Shown here: positions 60,370 through 64,000 of the stretch, piece by piece
Position numbering within the stretch: position 1 is the first letter of the stretch
Layout of the letters: every line of letters begins with the position of its first letter
NCBI GenBank assembly: GCA_944386675.1
Contig: CALXBY010000005.1
Span: 979 to 64,978, forward strand
Origin: an uncultured Clostridia bacterium
GTDB lineage: Bacteria > Bacillota > Clostridia > TANB77 > CAG-508
Direction of reading: 5' to 3'
DNA: 64,000 nucleotides
Made by a program: the position numbers and the translations under genes
Notes under the pieces: model-generated
Databases searched by the model: none
What the model was told of the DNA's origin: nothing
Seen by the model: the letters and a program-made list of their open reading frames with translations, nothing else

Positions 60370-61257
60370 TTATTTTAATTCAATAATTGCTGTTTCTGTA
60401 TTATAATTTTTCTTTTCCATCCTATAAGAGTGTACTATATCTGAATTGCACACACTACAAATTCCTGAATCAACAATATTTTCCGGCTTTAATCCTTCTT
60501 TTTGAAGAAGAATTTTATTAATTAAAACCGTATCAATATTCCATTTTGTATTTTCTATCTTCTCTTCTATAAAATCTGTTATATGAATTGTTTTCTCTTT
60601 GTTTTCTTGTATATCCATAAATTTATTTTCTTCTATATCACAAAATTCATTTTGAAACATATCTTTTACATCTTTATCTACTTCAAAGTGACATTTTCTA
60701 ATACTTGGACAAATACAGCAAATTATATCTTGTGTATGACATCCAAATTCTTTAATCATTTTTTGAACTGTTTTAACAGATATTCTTTGCAATGTTCCTC
60801 TCCATCCTGAATGTGTATTTGCTATTACTTTTTTTACAGGATCAAAAAACAATAATAAAATACAATCTGCATTTGTTGTTGCTAACATAAAATTCTTTTT
60901 ATTAGTAATTAATCCATCTTCTATGCCTTCCTCTGCTAAGCTGAAATCTGGTTCATCTTTATTTATTTTTGCGTCAACAATTTTTATTATATCTGTATGA
61001 CTCTGATTTGCCTGTACAATATGGGCATAGTCACTTTCTATACTACTACATAATTTTTTATATGAATTTTTTGCTAATTCTAATCTTTCTAGTGTTGCTG
61101 GCTTTTGATTTATTGTTGTGGTTTTAAATCCAACATCTAATCCTAAAGCATATGCATGAGAAACCACATCTTTATATTCTAGTAATTTTCTAAACTGTAG
61201 ATATTCTAGCTTTTCATCTTTTATATGAATAACATTTTCATTTGATAAATCTTTCAT
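60370..61257 (-). CDS. pgeF: peptidoglycan editing factor PgeF (YfiH/DUF152, laccase-domain family)
   Basis: 295 aa. TNADCILLLFFDP...ANTHSGWRGT, CPSIRKCHFEV and CSVCN...HSYR. About 30-40 aa longer than I would expect, with an extra acidic segment. Confidence 0.85.
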   Translation of the reverse strand: MKDLSNENVIHIKDEKLEYLQFRKLLEYKDVVSHAYALGLDVGFKTTTINQKPATLERLELAKNSYKKLCSSIESDYAHIVQANQSHTDIIKIVDAKINKDEPDFSLAEEGIEDGLITNKKNFMLATTNADCILLLFFDPVKKVIANTHSGWRGTLQRISVKTVQKMIKEFGCHTQDIICCICPSIRKCHFEVDKDVKDMFQNEFCDIEENKFMDIQENKEKTIHITDFIEEKIENTKWNIDTVLINKILLQKEGLKPENIVDSGICSVCNSDIVHSYRMEKKNYNTETAIIELK

Positions 61258-61341
61258 AAATTTTAATACAAGTTATTCTAGCTTTTAAAATAACTTTTTC
61301 TCCCTTCTTAAAATGACTAAAAATGCGTCTTGCGTCCCCTA

Positions 61342-64000
61342 TCAATTATGAATTTCCTTTTTCATTTTCATGATTATATCATCTTTTGTCAATTTATTAA
61401 TATATTGATATGTATTTTCTTTTTGTCTTGGATCAAAAGTACATATTGATTTATATTCACAATATTCACATGGTGTTTTTCCATCTTTATAATATGGTTT
61501 TAAATCAATATTTCCGTTAAAGATTTCTTTTCCTATTTCTTTTATTGTTTGATAAATATACTTTTGTAATACTGAAAATTCTTCTTGCTTTACACCATTT
61601 GTCCATTTTTCAATGACTTCTCCTGATTTACTAATTGCTGCTGGAACCATTTTAGAGGTTCCGGTTGTAAGTGAATTGTCATTCATTTTGATAATTTTTA
61701 CATCTGCTACAATTAAACCTTTCATTTTGAAATTTTTTCTAATTAATTCTTCTATTTCTTCATCCGTTATTTTTTTCTCTGCTTTTATCATTTGTTCTAA
61801 TAATGAAAAATAGAAAATTCCTGCTGGAATCAAATCTTCCTCTTTGCATACTGCATCTGCATAAGTTAGTAACTGTATTTGCAAACCTGCATACACTTCG
61901 TTTAAATCAATATTTTTGCTTGAAGATTTATAATCAATAATTCTTAAATAATTTCCATCCTCTTCTTTTGCCATATCAATTCTATCAATTTTACCTGTAA
62001 TCTCGATTCTTTTTCCATCTTCTAATTCCAACCTAATTGGTTTATATTCTCCTTTTGTATCAAATTCTACCTCTGTTCCTTTTATCGTAAAATCACTATA
62101 AATTAATGTTTGAATAATATATTTTAATGCTTTACTAACAATTCTTTTCAATCTTCTTACAAGAATATTGTATTTTACTGTTGCTTTAAATATATAATTT
62201 TTGGATAATTCTAAATCCTCGTCAATTATTTTAGAAACAATTTTTTGAATATCTATTTCTTCTAATTCAGCTAAATTCAAGTTGTTCTCATGTACATACT
62301 TAAAAAATTCATCAATTGTTTCATGCATAAAAGAACCTGTATTAAAACTTTGAATCTTTAGTTCTTCTTTTGGTTTTACTTTTAAGCCATATTGTAGATA
62401 ATATGAAAATGGACATCTTCTATATTGTTCTAGTCTAGATACACTTGTGTGCAAGATATTTCCATACAATTTATTCATATTCTCTTTTTTTAATTTTTTA
62501 GGTATATTGGTATACGCTAATCCTTCCATATCTTGTTCTAATCTAGTATTCCATTTAGGATTTTGTTTGTACCAATCATATACCAAGTACCATAAATTCT
62601 CTATATCTTCTTTATTCTTTAATTGATATAATTTTTCTAACAATTCTTCATAAGTAATATTTTGATTTACAATTTCATATTTTTTATTTATAACATCACT
62701 TTGTTCTTCTAACTTTGGAAAGATTTTTTTAATTTTATGAATTAACACAGATGGTCTTAAAGCTTTCCCCTCTCCATCAGATGAAGCATAAGATAAATAC
62801 ATTTCTTTTTCTGCTGTTGTAAATACTTTATAAATATTAAAATTTTCTTCATATAAATTTTCTAATGTACCATTTGCTAATTCCACACCATCACTTTTTA
62901 ATCGCTCTCTATCTGCATCATTTAAAAATCCCTCATCTTTGTTGACACTTGGAAAAACACCATCATTTAAACCTATTACAAATACAACATCTACTTTATG
63001 ACTTCTTGTTCTATCAACATCTCCTAATGTCACTTGGTCTTGTGTTGCTGGAATTTTACCCAACCCACTATTTTTTAATCCGATTTTTAAAATTTTGCTA
63101 TATGTATCAATGCTCATCTTATCTTCTTGAAATACCAAAACAATTTCATCTAAAACTTCCAGAATAATATTATAACTTTCAATATATTCATTTGCTAAAT
63201 CAATTAATCCCTTTTCTTCCAATTCTTTTACTTTTCGAGAAATTTTTTCTTCTATATTTTGTTCTTGCAGAAATGTATAAATTTGTTTCGTAATATTCAG
63301 TGCTGTTTTTTCTTTATCCATATTCTTTTTTAAAGTAATTAATGGTTCTATAATTTGTTTTCGAATTTCATTTAGTCTTTCAATTTCTTGTTTTTTGTTT
63401 TCATCCTCTAGCTCATATTTGAAATCTTCTTTCCATTTTTTTCGTTTGATTCCCCATTTTGTACAATAATTTTCTAGCTTAAAAATTTCATCATTTTCTA
63501 TATCTAAAAAACCTAATTTGATATAGTTAAACATAGATTCATTTGTATAATAATTTGTAAAAATTTCAAAGATAGAAAGCACATATTGTACAATAATATT
63601 CTGATTTAAATCCCTTTTTTCATCGATAAACACTGGTATATCATATTTTGCAAAAATACTTCTCACTAATGAAGAATACATATCTATATTTTTTGTAATC
63701 ACTGCCATATCTCTATATCTTAGATTGTTTTCTCTTACCATTTTACAAATTGTTTTTGCTACATTTTCAATCTCTGAATACCTATTTTTTGCCAAAAACA
63801 AATGTAAGTTTTCTACATTTTTTGCATATTTTGTGGATTTTGTACTGTATAAACTTTGACTTAAGGTTTGTAATTCTTCACTTTTTAATCTATATTGGTT
63901 TTCCAAATTTATTGGTTGTTCTAATATAAACTGATTTTCATCAATAATCCTAATTAGTTTTTTCAATGTTTGTTTATTAGAATAAAATACGTCTATATCT
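61342..64000 (-). CDS. addB: helicase-exonuclease AddAB subunit AddB, C-terminal part (5' end outside the window)
   Basis: The frame stays open to the window edge. The nuclease/Fe-S C-terminus has RRCPFSYYLQYGL ... IDRID...IIDYKS ... CEYCEYKSIC. Confidence 0.9.
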   Translation of the reverse strand, partial: DIDVFYSNKQTLKKLIRIIDENQFILEQPINLENQYRLKSEELQTLSQSLYSTKSTKYAKNVENLHLFLAKNRYSEIENVAKTICKMVRENNLRYRDMAVITKNIDMYSSLVRSIFAKYDIPVFIDEKRDLNQNIIVQYVLSIFEIFTNYYTNESMFNYIKLGFLDIENDEIFKLENYCTKWGIKRKKWKEDFKYELEDENKKQEIERLNEIRKQIIEPLITLKKNMDKEKTALNITKQIYTFLQEQNIEEKISRKVKELEEKGLIDLANEYIESYNIILEVLDEIVLVFQEDKMSIDTYSKILKIGLKNSGLGKIPATQDQVTLGDVDRTRSHKVDVVFVIGLNDGVFPSVNKDEGFLNDADRERLKSDGVELANGTLENLYEENFNIYKVFTTAEKEMYLSYASSDGEGKALRPSVLIHKIKKIFPKLEEQSDVINKKYEIVNQNITYEELLEKLYQLKNKEDIENLWYLVYDWYKQNPKWNTRLEQDMEGLAYTNIPKKLKKENMNKLYGNILHTSVSRLEQYRRCPFSYYLQYGLKVKPKEELKIQSFNTGSFMHETIDEFFKYVHENNLNLAELEEIDIQKIVSKIIDEDLELSKNYIFKATVKYNILVRRLKRIVSKALKYIIQTLIYSDFTIKGTEVEFDTKGEYKPIRLELEDGKRIEITGKIDRIDMAKEEDGNYLRIIDYKSSSKNIDLNEVYAGLQIQLLTYADAVCKEEDLIPAGIFYFSLLEQMIKAEKKITDEEIEELIRKNFKMKGLIVADVKIIKMNDNSLTTGTSKMVPAAISKSGEVIEKWTNGVKQEEFSVLQKYIYQTIKEIGKEIFNGNIDLKPYYKDGKTPCEYCEYKSICTFDPRQKENTYQYINKLTKDDIIMKMKKEIHN

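Noticed and set aside
1-64000. Prophage, ICE, transposon, CRISPR-Cas, toxin-antitoxin, retron, or rRNA and tRNA genes.
   Set aside because: Scanning all ORF translations and intergenic regions by eye turned up no integrase, transposase, RT, cas, capsid or terminase signatures, and no tRNA-like GC-rich 75-nt blocks. Absence is by visual inspection only.

Overview
AT-rich, Clostridia-like chromosomal backbone from a low-GC, spore-forming Firmicute; no species call is possible without a database search. All calls come from reading the supplied ORF translations and hand-translating or hand-aligning DNA. No homology search, folding or statistics were run.

Recognisable genes:
- Translation and housekeeping: aspS (3' part), hup, rplM-rpsI, tcdA, nifS, sigA-dnaG, trmL plus a TrmH/RlmB-like methyltransferase, mfd, topB, leuS, udg, pgeF, addB (partial).
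- Fermentation: adhE, pflB-pflA.
- Sporulation: spoVB, yunB, a DUF3794/LysM protein, veg, yabG, spoIIID.
- Envelope block: OmpR/HK two-component system, then sortase, then a thioester-type LPXTG adhesin.

No rRNA, tRNA, CRISPR array, transposase, integrase or reverse transcriptase was seen.

Unexplained or unusual signals:
1. A 35-bp inverted-repeat pair bracketing a 110-bp GC-richer core next to the adhesin locus. It could be an invertible switch, a MITE or a structured RNA.
2. A family of very long, near-perfect intergenic palindromes sharing a GGGGACG-type core (28997-29310, 39306-39414, 41861-41973), each abutting gene ends.
3. A single compositionally foreign gene with its own consensus promoter and terminator, wedged between mfd and topB (about 49930-50786).
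4. Three single-base frame disruptions clustered in 1.7-7.5 kb (spoVB, a Fe/Mn-SOD, yunB). In addition, the sortase has no canonical start codon and the adhesin ends right after LPVTG.
5. An orphan pilin-anchored FGE/C-type-lectin-like protein.
6. A perfect 30-bp in-frame tandem repeat inside a coiled-coil gene.
7. Several uncharacterised genes: a 410-aa protein coupled to adhE, a Replic_Relax-like protein, and an HExxH protein.

I could not identify a complete multi-gene novel system with confidence. Items 1-3 are my best candidates.
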